A stretch of DNA of 64,000 nucleotides from positions 128,001 to 192,000 of the IMG/VR virus record IMGVR_UViG_3300024493_000235. The stretch is one strand, 5' to 3'. The DNA comes from a virus. Lineage: Duplodnaviria > Caudoviricetes. The notes under the pieces are model-generated. The model ran no database searches. It saw only the letters and a list, made by a program, of their open reading frames with translations, and was not told the origin of the DNA. Position 1 is the first letter of the stretch, and each line of letters opens with the position of its first letter. The translations under genes were made by a program, and so were the position numbers. Of this stretch, positions 47,562 through 57,892 are shown in pieces.

Positions 47562-49265
47562 ATGCCGGACGGATATGAAGCTCTTGAAGGTGACAAACAT
47601 CGTTTTGTATTTAAAGCTCTTTTAATCGAAAATAAAGAGCTAGCACACCCGGGAGAACTCGTCATCGACAAAAAGACAGGTATCATTTGGACTGTTGACG
47701 ATGACGGGAATTTGCATTCAAAAGCGTTTGAACTTGCAGAACAACTTAAAACGCTTAATGATTCGGGTGTAATTCAAAGCGCACTTGCATTTGCAAATAA
47801 CGCAAAGATATACACATTGTACGTAAGCGGAAACACATGTCGTATCGACAGCATGATAAAGCTTGATAAAAACATAAGGTATTGGGCTGTTCGCGGTATC
47901 GATGAGAAAACCAAACAGCTTATATACCTTACGGGTCTTATGAAAGAGGATCAGATTGAAAACTCCCTTATCGATGTCCTTCCCTTTACATCAGATCCTG
48001 AAATTGCTTTCCCTGGAGAAGCGCAATCCGGAACTTTTCATACACCATCGATTGTCAAAGACAGGCATCCATACTTCATCGATTTCTTTGATGCCGACAG
48101 AGTTGCGAGAGCTTCTGTACCGTGTCAAACAGTATTTGTTTCGAGGCTCGATTTTGCGTTAGCCCCGGATCAGAATATCGTGGATCTTGAAATCGTAACA
48201 AGTCAAGATATGGTAAATCCGGATAATCCTCACGAACAAATCGGCTTTATTTATCAGGGACAATCTTTCGGCTCTATCAACGTATATGTATATGCAAAAT
48301 ACGCATCAGGGGACAAAAGATATATCAATCATGAAATTTCAACATCGCGCCTTGTCCTCACAATCCCCAAAGACGAAGAAACAATAGCTGACAGACTTGA
48401 AATTGGAAAAACCTTCGAAATCCAAGCCAGGTATTATGCAGGAGAAATAAATACAGATACTGGGGAGGCAATTCATGACGGAAACTATTTTTCCATCGAT
48501 AAGACAAAAACTGTACGCGTTGTCGAAGATGTCTATACCGGAGTTGAATATCTTCTTCCGGTCCCAGTCGTCCATACCCTCGGAAGCGCATCCCTTCCCG
48601 GAGGCGCTACGGAAGTTATCAAACTTCATATGTTTGCCAAATACACAACAGAACAATTCCTCGATGTATCGGCTAACGCAAAATTTGCCCATAGCGAATT
48701 CAGCGAAACTTCTTTTGGTGTTACCCAGACCTTCACAGTATCTCTTGGTATAGGTCACGGAGGTCTTAGGTTTGAACAGCACAATACGCAGGTGACAATG
48801 TCAGGAATAGATAAAGGAAGATGGGACAAGATTGTTGTTCCATATGCGCCAAAGACACAAATTCCGTGCTGTGTCGCTCAATTTGATCCGTTCACAAATG
48901 TTGACGGTATAAAAATGCGTTTCAGAAAAGAAAACCTCGATGGTTTTGCTACTCCTGATGCATTCGCAATCTTTGGTTCTATTCCGGGAAAGAAGCCGAC
49001 ACACTTCAGGGTAAGATCGGTTATCGAATCTTCTTTTGTTCATACGATAATTCCTATCCGTATAGAAGATTTTGAGAAATTCACGATATCTGATACAACG
49101 AACGCATCGAATATGCTTTCTAACTTCCAAGCGAACAACAACGGTATTCCGTATCCGATCATCGTTGAATTTTTGTATCAAGATCCTTCAAACGCAAGCG
49201 CACCGTTTACGTTTGTAACAGCCATACCGTTCATAACGCAGCGAACAGAGATCTACGATTTTTAA
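47562..49265 (+). CDS. Putative virion structural protein (567 aa)
   Basis: AGGAGG RBS, N-terminal L..GELVID motif, Ig-like VYAKYASG segments. Confidence 0.75.
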   Translation: MPDGYEALEGDKHRFVFKALLIENKELAHPGELVIDKKTGIIWTVDDDGNLHSKAFELAEQLKTLNDSGVIQSALAFANNAKIYTLYVSGNTCRIDSMIKLDKNIRYWAVRGIDEKTKQLIYLTGLMKEDQIENSLIDVLPFTSDPEIAFPGEAQSGTFHTPSIVKDRHPYFIDFFDADRVARASVPCQTVFVSRLDFALAPDQNIVDLEIVTSQDMVNPDNPHEQIGFIYQGQSFGSINVYVYAKYASGDKRYINHEISTSRLVLTIPKDEETIADRLEIGKTFEIQARYYAGEINTDTGEAIHDGNYFSIDKTKTVRVVEDVYTGVEYLLPVPVVHTLGSASLPGGATEVIKLHMFAKYTTEQFLDVSANAKFAHSEFSETSFGVTQTFTVSLGIGHGGLRFEQHNTQVTMSGIDKGRWDKIVVPYAPKTQIPCCVAQFDPFTNVDGIKMRFRKENLDGFATPDAFAIFGSIPGKKPTHFRVRSVIESSFVHTIIPIRIEDFEKFTISDTTNASNMLSNFQANNNGIPYPIIVEFLYQDPSNASAPFTFVTAIPFITQRTEIYDF

Positions 49266-49275
49266 GGAGTGATAT

Positions 49276-52089
49276 ATGGGATACAGGCAAGACCTAATTT
49301 CAATGGATGCTCATACAATTCTCTTTGTACGAAAAAATAGGGATGCGTTAGCATACCATTGGGATTTTTATGTAAGTAACATAAGCCTGATTTCCAAACT
49401 GTTTTTACACGAACCTGCGGTAGACTGTTTTTTCAAAGCCACTGACGATCCGTTGTCGTGGGTTGACTATAAGTTGGCTCGCGATGACGGACGTTATGAA
49501 AATCCCTTGAAACACGGGGTGAATGAAACTGACGACATACCACAGTTGTGTGAAGCGGCCTTTGCGAAAGGAAATAGGCTAATTTCCAACACGGGAAAGA
49601 TAATTCCAAACGCGATTTACATAGACCAAGAAGGATTTGAATACAGGATTCCTATAAACGATGGAAGAGAAAAGGCTGTGTTATGCCAAGAATTTACCGT
49701 CGGAGGACCTGGAGAAGACAATATTGACGTAGAACTTGAACAATGTTCGGTTTCGAATTTAAAGCTAAGCTTTAAAAACCGGCATCTCATGGACGACTTA
49801 AAACTACGTTTCAGGAATCATGAAAATCGCGGAAATAACATTATATCTTTTAACGCCATCACAGTCCCTCTTGTAATAGACGAATCTGATGTTACATTGG
49901 GATATATAAGAAATGCTCTTCGTATGTCGTCGTTTAATTCCCTTCAAACAAAAGAAGGAGAATTTTCCCTTCCGTTATCACCTATTGCAATAGGGTCTTC
50001 AAAGAAACAATTTTCAAGAAATGAAGATGTTGACGGTCTTGATTGTAATCGATACATAATGACAAGTTGGGGAACTTTATTCAAAATAGATGCCAACAAT
50101 GCATTATGGAAAACACGAAATTTGAATGATCTTGAAAACTGGGTAAGAGTGCATATTCCGCCTTTCATAGACGAATATCTTGATGTGAAAGATGTCCGTA
50201 ATAAATACATTAAAGATTTAAACACAAACGGAAATTTCTTAACAATAGTCCCAGGACCAAATAATACAATCATTGCTTTTGAGCAATTTGATAAAGAGGA
50301 CGTTATAACGATTAATGCCGATGAACTTGATATCGAAAAGATTGCGTACTACGTATCGAATAACGACGGTGTATCGTGGAAGAAGTGTCGGTTTACAAAC
50401 ATCAATGGGGTAGGGAGTACAACACGTAAATTTATCGTTTACAACGTCCCAAATCCCGAAAAGGATACATCTGTTGAAGTGTTTATCCTATCTAATTCCG
50501 ATGGAACTCAAAACGTAGCAAATGTAATGAGTACTAACGGAGTTGTATGGGAAGTAAATCCGATAACAGCGCAATATCCGCAAGGATATGGTGTCATAGA
50601 ATACGATGGACCTCTCTCTGATATCGATTACAGAGCATATCACATTTTCCTTATGGCATCCTGTCTCTATACAAACGACCTTATCAAAGTTCCGTATATC
50701 AATTCAAAAGGGAATGTATTTGTAAAACATGCAAACGGAAAGTTTTTAAAACTTACATCAGAAAATACAACTCCATCTCTTTCGATGCCAGAAATCAGGA
50801 ATTACATTAAAAATAAAATCATAGAAAGAAATCCTGATTTGAACTTATTTGGCCCCTACATAAATGAAAAAGGCGGAATTGATGTCAATGAACTTAATCT
50901 AACTCTTCAATGGGAAGCCAACCTTAAAATGCTTCGAGTCGGATACTGCTTTATGTTTATGAGGATGGATAATCCCGATATACAAGAAGACAGGACAGAG
51001 TATTATGAATCCGGGATTTTTGTTGTGAATTCAACGATTGACGGGTTTGTATATGAAACTCCTAAGTTTACTATAAACACGCTTGACAACGTAATGAAGG
51101 AGACCGGGCAGAAAGACAAGAACTCTGCTTTTGGAAGATTTACAATCCAATTTCAGCAGGGTTTGTGTTGGTACATTGATGGCAAATGGGTTATCCGTGA
51201 TACTCTTGTTGGAGAAGATTATCTTGGCAATGTCTTTGACAACCGGGATATCCAGAAAGGGTATGTATACAGAGTGTCTTCAGATTTTCTTCACTGGTAT
51301 CCTGTACGCAATATCAATGGTGAGCATATCGGAAATACACCTCTTCGTCCTGTTATTACAAACGATAAAGATACAATACTTTTTGTTTCGCAGGATAATG
51401 CTATACATGTGTATGCAATGCCATTTAAAACAAAGCTTCATTATAACTTCAGGGTAAATATCCATAAGTGGACTGGAGTAAACTTAACACAACAGGTACG
51501 CGGCTCTTATGTAAAGACAGGGCCCGTATCTATGCATTACGATACAGATACTCCTCCATATATCGTAGGATTCCCGTGTGAGTTAAATCCAAATGCCACG
51601 ATTCTTCTGTATAACGGAGTTCCAATTATTGATGGAAGCGCGTATGTGAATCCCGAGAATCCCAAAGAGATGATCGTGAACGAAATGATTGCAAAACACG
51701 CATTCATCCGTAACATATGGCCAATCCAGTACAAATACGGAGACCGTAAATATCGCTCTGAAGATTTCTCTGTCATTGTTGCAAGCAGTAAGGACCCGAC
51801 AAAAGATGTTTATGCTTTCATGTGTCCTGGCCGTATTACTTTGAGCACAAAAGAAATCTATGTCGATTTTAATTCCGATGTAGCAGGAGACTTTATTCTA
51901 TTTAACGGAATTAACCACGAATACGTCATTACACACAGGAAAGGAATCAAGTACATATTCTCAAGGTACAGTTTACAAGAAGCCATGGTTGCAGGTTTGA
52001 AATTCAATACTGTAGGATATTCAAACCATAAAGTCATGACTAAGGGGATATACAGACTTCAGTTCTTATCGGTTGACAAAAAAAGTTAA
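49276..52089 (+). CDS. Putative tail / receptor-binding protein with Asp-box-like motifs (937 aa)
   Basis: AAGGAG RBS. SNNDGVSW, STNGVVW and SSDFLHW are Asp-box (BNR)-like motifs suggesting a beta-propeller. Confidence 0.65.
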   Translation: MGYRQDLISMDAHTILFVRKNRDALAYHWDFYVSNISLISKLFLHEPAVDCFFKATDDPLSWVDYKLARDDGRYENPLKHGVNETDDIPQLCEAAFAKGNRLISNTGKIIPNAIYIDQEGFEYRIPINDGREKAVLCQEFTVGGPGEDNIDVELEQCSVSNLKLSFKNRHLMDDLKLRFRNHENRGNNIISFNAITVPLVIDESDVTLGYIRNALRMSSFNSLQTKEGEFSLPLSPIAIGSSKKQFSRNEDVDGLDCNRYIMTSWGTLFKIDANNALWKTRNLNDLENWVRVHIPPFIDEYLDVKDVRNKYIKDLNTNGNFLTIVPGPNNTIIAFEQFDKEDVITINADELDIEKIAYYVSNNDGVSWKKCRFTNINGVGSTTRKFIVYNVPNPEKDTSVEVFILSNSDGTQNVANVMSTNGVVWEVNPITAQYPQGYGVIEYDGPLSDIDYRAYHIFLMASCLYTNDLIKVPYINSKGNVFVKHANGKFLKLTSENTTPSLSMPEIRNYIKNKIIERNPDLNLFGPYINEKGGIDVNELNLTLQWEANLKMLRVGYCFMFMRMDNPDIQEDRTEYYESGIFVVNSTIDGFVYETPKFTINTLDNVMKETGQKDKNSAFGRFTIQFQQGLCWYIDGKWVIRDTLVGEDYLGNVFDNRDIQKGYVYRVSSDFLHWYPVRNINGEHIGNTPLRPVITNDKDTILFVSQDNAIHVYAMPFKTKLHYNFRVNIHKWTGVNLTQQVRGSYVKTGPVSMHYDTDTPPYIVGFPCELNPNATILLYNGVPIIDGSAYVNPENPKEMIVNEMIAKHAFIRNIWPIQYKYGDRKYRSEDFSVIVASSKDPTKDVYAFMCPGRITLSTKEIYVDFNSDVAGDFILFNGINHEYVITHRKGIKYIFSRYSLQEAMVAGLKFNTVGYSNHKVMTKGIYRLQFLSVDKKS

Positions 52090-52091
52090 TC

Positions 52092-52137
52092 AAAAAAAAA
52101 CAAAATTCGGAGGGTATTTCGCCCTCCGAATCATTTT
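52092..52137. terminator. Bidirectional terminator
   Basis: A-tract, ATTCGGAGGG...CCCTCCGAAT, then T-rich sequence. Confidence 0.8.
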
Positions 52138-52299
52138 CTATCCATGTAATGTTAAATGTACATTTATTGAGATAATAAATCCCTGTAACTCTGATTCTTG
52201 ATACAGCTTTTCTAATGTACAATTCTCCATCAAGGAACCTTCCGAAAATGTCCCAATCATGTTCAAGTTGCTAAATGATGTTTTCTTCAGTGTGGTCTG

Positions 52300-52685
52300 T
52301 CATATGTCCTCCGGTTTAATAATATGCATAATACGACGGTTTGCGGCTTCAATGCTTCCTTCGGGAATTTCATCATATAGGCCATCCATATTTACATTTT
52401 CTGTAGTAGCTGTGATTCGTAATTTCATATTATGCACCACATGCCGCATATTACGATAGTATCTTGCAATAATTTTATCGGAAAGTTTTTTCTTATGTGC
52501 AGAAATAATTCGTATTTTTCCGTCTTTTTCTTGTTCTAATTGTATGACAGTTAATATCGAAATATCGATATCGTCATTAAAATCTATTATTGACGGTCGC
52601 GTTGGGTCTATAATTTCTCCAATAAAATATGAACTATATTTTCTCGTAATAGTTCATCTAACGTAACTTCTTTTATTTCTCCCAT
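52300..52685 (-). pseudogene. Internally deleted, frameshifted paralog of the BrnT-like gene at 23125-23787
   Basis: MGEIKEVTLDELLRENIVH (cf. MGKRIKEVTLEEENNIVH) stops at 52608. Another frame continues YFIGEIIDPTRP...VIQLEQEKDGKIRIISAH...YY (cf. YVGQIFDPERP...VIQLKEEKRDRIRIISSY...YY). Same TATACATAAT motif at 52714-52705. Confidence 0.85.
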
Positions 52686-52778
52686 TCTGTTCTCCTATAC
52701 ATTTATTATGTATATCCTAAATAATTTTTAATTCATAATCGCATTAAAAATTAACATTGAAATAGAAGAAGGGATTTA

Positions 52779-55541
52779 ATGAAATACACAAGAGCTATTT
52801 TTAAAAATTTCATCGGCTTTAAAATAGGCTTAGGCCTAGATACATTCGAAATAGATTTTTCCAAATGTAAGAATAGGATGGTATTAATTTTAGCCCCTAA
52901 TCGTTCTGGAAAAACAACTCTACTTGAAGGACTAACCCTATTCTCAACAATATATTCAGCGGTCAGAGACGAAAATGATTTTATTCTTCCTGAAAAAGAA
53001 GGATACAGAGAATTACATTTCGAACACGAAGGATCCGCATATATATCAAAAGTTCATTGGAGAACAAAAGTAGGAACGAGATGTTTTCTTTCACATTTTC
53101 AAAATGGGCAAGAAATAGAATTGAATCCTTCTGGAAACGTTGGAAGTTACGACGAGGTATTACTTGCAAGATTCGGTTTATCCAAGGAACATAACAAACT
53201 TTTATTTTTGGGTCCGGGTCTTAGAGATGTAGTATCTATGACACCATCAGAGCGAAAATCTAACATCTCAAAGTTTACCCCAGATATTCAAGTTTATCTT
53301 GATATGTATCAGGATACTTCGAAATACTTTGCAAAATTAAAAGGTGATATCGCATCTGTTATAAGCGAATTGCATAGACTTGGAGACAGTAAAGAAAATA
53401 TACTGTTACGATTACAAAATGCAAAAGCTAGATATGATTCTATTCTTGAAAAAGTGACATACCTTAAAACTGTTGAATCAAAAGCACAATCCATTATTGA
53501 CATGCTTAATATTGGTGGAAAACCTATTGTACAATCATATACTGAAATGAAAAAAGAATATGAGAAAATAGGATCCAATCTTATTACTCTAAATGATACA
53601 TTTAAAGATATCTGTACAAAATATGATATATCATCCGATAAGCATCAAGATGAATATACAAAGATGCAACAAGAAGTGAGGGATTATTATGTAACACTTC
53701 AAGTAAAGTACGACAGCGGATTAACACGAGAAAGAGAACTTATAACAACAAGAAGTACGTTACAAAATATCATACAGCAAAAAACAAAAGACTTGGAGGA
53801 TTATGAAGATAAAAATAATCCCGATAAGTTTTTAATAGAACAAAAATCCTTATCTGATGAACTTATATCTTCTACAAGAATCATCGATTCTCTTTTAGAA
53901 GAGATACCGCAACTTAAGGATTATATAAACCTCTTTACAAAAGACGACGCTACAAAATATATGCTTTTTGTTGACAATGTGATTGACAAAACAAATGCTC
54001 TTCGATCTAGGTATGATGAAAGTAGCATATTCGAAGATTATATCGCAAAAAAGATAGACTTTAAATCTTTTGAGAATACCAAAATCGAACTTGAAAAAGA
54101 ATATAACGACACAATGGAAGAGCTTCAGAGGTACCAAGAAAAAATAAAAGGCTACGATCATCTTAAAGTATTATCAGACTTACTTGTAAATATACCTTCT
54201 ACTTGTAAGGAAAAATCGTGTCCTTTTATAATTAAAGCAAACGAGTTTACAACTATAGGAAAAGAGCATCCCATAATTCTTCAAAAGATAATAGATCTTA
54301 CAGCCACATCAAATGCCTTATACGAAAAGATATCAAAATTTGATGAATATGAAAATAAGGCTAGACAACTTTTAAAAGACATGCTCCAGTTTCAAATGTA
54401 CTTAAATAGCAATTCGGAAATAATAACAAAATTTCCGGATTTTAATCTTTTCTCAGATCCTTGTGTATTTATTCAAAATGTAATGATAATACTTCCTAGA
54501 GCTAGAAAGTTCTCTGAGTTTTCTTATGCACAGGAAAGACATGCATTTTTATTGCAAAGACTTACAGAATTAGAGAAATTTATATCCGATGCTGCAAGTT
54601 TTTATACCCATGTAGAGCAAACTCGTAAGGATATCGATGAAATAAACGCTAAAATAATTGAATATAATGACGAGATACAACATTTGTATAATGACAAAAG
54701 CAGGATTCTAGAAGAACTTCGCGTTTACGAAGCAAAATCTGGGGACCTTTTGTCGTTGCTTTCCATCCGTTCGAATATTTTAGTTGGGCTAAAAAGGTAT
54801 TCGGACCTCAAAGAAATCATTAACCGCTTGCACAAACATTATGTCGCCGGCCTTGCCTTTGAGGATAATATCGAAAGGCTTCGGTCAAAAATCACATTCG
54901 CAAAAGATGAGCTTGGCCAATTGGAAAAAGAGCTCACTGACGCAGACTATACCATGCGCACTTTTGATGAATACGAAAAGAAACGGGATATCCTTACTGA
55001 AGAGTATGGCCTTCTTGAGACTTTGCGTAAAGCGTGGTCACCAACAACCGGGATTCCGCTTATCTTTATTGAAGGATTCATGAATAGGCTGTTAAGAGAT
55101 GCTAACAAGTACTTGGCAGAGATTTGGCCGGAACAAGACCTTATTATCGATGGATTTATAATCGACGAAAAAAACTTTTATATTAACGTCATTCAATCTG
55201 ATTCGCTTGAGAGCCATGATGCTTCTGTTTGTTCAGGAGCAGAACGAGCTACTCTTACCACCGTTTTATCTTTGGCATTATTAAATCAATTCCCAAACGT
55301 CTCTTCGATGTATAACATCGTAAAATTTGACGAAATCGATAATCCTTTGGATTATAACACTGCGAAGACTTTTGTAGGTATTTTAAACGACTTATTGGAT
55401 AATATTAATTGCCAACAGTCGTTTTTGATTTCTCATAATGATACCTTCTTAAGCGACAGTGATGTTATTTTACTTAAGGACAGCGAGCAATGGGAATCAA
55501 GGGTACTATCTGGTAACTTTAATATCATTTATCGAAACTAA
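52779..55541 (+). CDS. sbcC: SbcC/Rad50-like SMC ATPase (920 aa)
   Basis: Walker A APNRSGKTT, long coiled coil with central CKEKSCPF hook, signature CSGAE, Walker B IVKFDEID, H-loop ISH. AACA-N6-TA at 52753-52764. Confidence 0.93.
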   Translation: MKYTRAIFKNFIGFKIGLGLDTFEIDFSKCKNRMVLILAPNRSGKTTLLEGLTLFSTIYSAVRDENDFILPEKEGYRELHFEHEGSAYISKVHWRTKVGTRCFLSHFQNGQEIELNPSGNVGSYDEVLLARFGLSKEHNKLLFLGPGLRDVVSMTPSERKSNISKFTPDIQVYLDMYQDTSKYFAKLKGDIASVISELHRLGDSKENILLRLQNAKARYDSILEKVTYLKTVESKAQSIIDMLNIGGKPIVQSYTEMKKEYEKIGSNLITLNDTFKDICTKYDISSDKHQDEYTKMQQEVRDYYVTLQVKYDSGLTRERELITTRSTLQNIIQQKTKDLEDYEDKNNPDKFLIEQKSLSDELISSTRIIDSLLEEIPQLKDYINLFTKDDATKYMLFVDNVIDKTNALRSRYDESSIFEDYIAKKIDFKSFENTKIELEKEYNDTMEELQRYQEKIKGYDHLKVLSDLLVNIPSTCKEKSCPFIIKANEFTTIGKEHPIILQKIIDLTATSNALYEKISKFDEYENKARQLLKDMLQFQMYLNSNSEIITKFPDFNLFSDPCVFIQNVMIILPRARKFSEFSYAQERHAFLLQRLTELEKFISDAASFYTHVEQTRKDIDEINAKIIEYNDEIQHLYNDKSRILEELRVYEAKSGDLLSLLSIRSNILVGLKRYSDLKEIINRLHKHYVAGLAFEDNIERLRSKITFAKDELGQLEKELTDADYTMRTFDEYEKKRDILTEEYGLLETLRKAWSPTTGIPLIFIEGFMNRLLRDANKYLAEIWPEQDLIIDGFIIDEKNFYINVIQSDSLESHDASVCSGAERATLTTVLSLALLNQFPNVSSMYNIVKFDEIDNPLDYNTAKTFVGILNDLLDNINCQQSFLISHNDTFLSDSDVILLKDSEQWESRVLSGNFNIIYRN

Positions 55542-55584
55542 GTGATATTTTTGTATAACAAATTCATTATTTAAGGAGACTATT

Positions 55585-56046
55585 ATGGCTATTTTTAATG
55601 GTTCGGAAGATGACGCCGTGGCTTTTGAAGACGAAGATCAGAAAGCTGCCGATGACAGTGAAACTTCCGATTCCGGTAACGGAGATGCCGCCGATGACAG
55701 TGATGATTCCGATGGCGGAGAAGGCAAAGGTGAGGGAAGCGACGATTCCAATGAAGGTGACGACAAAACCACCGATGAGGATGACGACCTTGCTGACAGC
55801 ACAGGAGACCAGGATTTGGATGAGACCATGAATCCGGCCGAAGATAACGTCGAGACCTCTGAAACCGATAATGGTGGTGGCCCGACGGAACCCGTGGCAA
55901 CAGAAATGGATGCCGCAGGAGGCCCGGACGAGGTTGAAGCCGAGGATGACAACCTCGAACCGACTGCCGTTGATTCAGAGCCGCCAGCCCAATTTGACCC
56001 GGAACAGCTTCCGCCGCCTGAAGGTTCAGGAAGCACAGAAGGCTAA
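55585..56046 (+). CDS. Extremely acidic disordered protein (153 aa)
   Basis: AAGGAG RBS, D/E/G/S/P-rich, own terminator at 56071-56108. Confidence 0.85.
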   Translation: MAIFNGSEDDAVAFEDEDQKAADDSETSDSGNGDAADDSDDSDGGEGKGEGSDDSNEGDDKTTDEDDDLADSTGDQDLDETMNPAEDNVETSETDNGGGPTEPVATEMDAAGGPDEVEAEDDNLEPTAVDSEPPAQFDPEQLPPPEGSGSTEG

Positions 56047-56070
56047 GGAATTACATTCCAATCCTCCACA

Positions 56071-56108
56071 AATAAGCTACCACCCATCTGGGTGGTAGCT
56101 TATTTTTT
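56071..56108 (+). terminator. Intrinsic terminator
   Basis: AATAAGCTACCACCCA-tc-TGGGTGGTAGCTTATT plus T-tract. Confidence 0.85.
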
Positions 56109-56176
56109 GTCCACATGCTTTAGATAAAATAAAGTTAAAACACTATATTAATACAGAAATTTAAGCGAGGAATTGC

Positions 56177-56635
56177 ATGGAGAATGGTGTTACACTTATA
56201 AGACTTCCATCAGCACCTGAAGAGATTCAAGAGACAGAATTGCTACATCGATTAGCAGGAAAAATTGCATCTAATTATATTCAACGCGTTACTGTTATAA
56301 GAGAATCTTTAAAAATATTGCACAAAAATAATATTTTTATTGTAAATGCCACAGACGAAAATTATACTAAAAACGGCATTCCTATGTTCAAACTTGAAAT
56401 ACAAATGTTTGTTACAGGTGTCTGTTATGGTCGTATATGTATAACTCAAGATGACTATATAGACATTGCAATGATCTTATCTGAAAAGATAACACATGAT
56501 TGCAAAGACGTTTATTTCTTGGAAGAAAATGACTTCAGGTTGATTTATACAAATATGCTTCTGTCAATACTTGAAGCACTTTCAATAGAACCATTTTTTA
56601 GTTGTTACAGTATAACAGGTGTTGGCATAGAGTAA
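56177..56635 (+). CDS. Hypothetical protein (152 aa)
   Basis: GAGGA RBS, AACA-N6-TA at 56139-56150. Confidence 0.8.
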   Translation: MENGVTLIRLPSAPEEIQETELLHRLAGKIASNYIQRVTVIRESLKILHKNNIFIVNATDENYTKNGIPMFKLEIQMFVTGVCYGRICITQDDYIDIAMILSEKITHDCKDVYFLEENDFRLIYTNMLLSILEALSIEPFFSCYSITGVGIE

Positions 56636-56648
56636 AGGAGAAATAAAA

Positions 56649-57443
56649 GTGGCAGCTCTTACCAAAATACAAAAGTTTCGCAAAGAAGTCACGAAAACAA
56701 TACACGATTTTATGATCATATTTGATCCTTCAGGAAATAGCGCAAAGAAATGGGATGATTATCTTAATCATTTCTCTGATGCAGCTTTTGTAAAAGAGAT
56801 AAAAAGAATTTTAGATAATCCCAAAATATATTTTTCACCTGAAATACAATCGTTTAATAAGAACGCACAACCTAAATTCGATAACTATCAGAAACTTGCT
56901 AAGATGGTAGGAGTTGAACTAGAAGAATATGTGGCACTTCCGTATATGACAGAAGGTACAAGTATTACATCTCCTGTGGTTACAGCTACGAAGGTGCCTG
57001 TTGGAAAATTGCACTTAAAAAGACTTCAGCAAATAATTCGGAAGAAAAATAAAGTTACAACTTCGGCGGAAAAACGGGATGCCAGAACCGGGCAAGTTAT
57101 AAAAGAAGATAAGGGTGCTAAAATTACAGGTCCTGATCTTTTTTCTCTTACTGTTGTTGGAGCTGGGCCTGTTATGAAAGAACTTTATGGACCAAGAGCC
57201 GATTCTATGGACGCAAAGGAAGAATTATACAAGCAACTTAGAGAAGGAGTTAAACTTCCGCGCCTTTCAAGTCTTCCTAACAATATCGAAGACAAAATAG
57301 CTTTAAATACCATGAATAATTATATTCTTGGTAGCTCTCTTATTTCAGATCTGACAAGTAATAGTTATGTATTGTCGATTACCACAAACGACATACTACA
57401 AGGGAGACTCGGCAAACGTGTTGAACAAGGGAGGAAACCGTAG
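56649..57443 (+). CDS. rpoB: Phage RNA polymerase beta C-terminal subunit fragment, likely virion RNAP (264 aa)
   Basis: VPVGKLHLKRLQQ...K...RDARTGQV...KGAKI...L...GA...MKELYGPRAD parallels the RpoB C-terminal vG..y..kL.h...R...t.QP...E.l..ksD region. Confidence 0.8.
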   Translation: MAALTKIQKFRKEVTKTIHDFMIIFDPSGNSAKKWDDYLNHFSDAAFVKEIKRILDNPKIYFSPEIQSFNKNAQPKFDNYQKLAKMVGVELEEYVALPYMTEGTSITSPVVTATKVPVGKLHLKRLQQIIRKKNKVTTSAEKRDARTGQVIKEDKGAKITGPDLFSLTVVGAGPVMKELYGPRADSMDAKEELYKQLREGVKLPRLSSLPNNIEDKIALNTMNNYILGSSLISDLTSNSYVLSITTNDILQGRLGKRVEQGRKP

Positions 57444-57878
57444 ATGGCCACACAGAATCAGAATGAAAATCTTGTTCTAAAGTTGTTAGAACAGATTCAA
57501 AGAAAAATGGATTTAATGGGAGAAGCGATTCAGGAAATAAAAAGCGACATGGTTCGACAACATGGAAAAATCGAATCAATGAATGAAAAGCTTACAGACA
57601 TTGCCAACAAGCAAGCTGATTTCGAAAATCGTGTAAGAGCACTTGAGACCAGTACCGTAAAGACCAAAGATGTTGATGAACTATACGTACGTATTCGAAA
57701 ACTTGAGGAAGTGCCTGATAAGAAAATTCTTGACAGATGGAGCTTCTTTAAAAAATGCGCCATTGCTGCAGTCGGACTTGTTGTTACGGCTATCATAGCT
57801 TCAGGAATATGGTTCTTTCTTAACATGGCACGGGATTTAAATCTTCTCACGGAGTTAATTAACGGCGCACACCCTTAA
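57444..57878 (+). CDS. Coiled-coil protein with C-terminal TM helix (holin / XhlA-like architecture)
   Basis: GGGAGG RBS, heptad repeats (RVRALE, RIRKLE), TM segment AIAAVGLVVTAIIASGIWFFL. Confidence 0.65.
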   Translation: MATQNQNENLVLKLLEQIQRKMDLMGEAIQEIKSDMVRQHGKIESMNEKLTDIANKQADFENRVRALETSTVKTKDVDELYVRIRKLEEVPDKKILDRWSFFKKCAIAAVGLVVTAIIASGIWFFLNMARDLNLLTELINGAHP

Positions 57879-57892
57879 AAAAAGGAAAAAAT

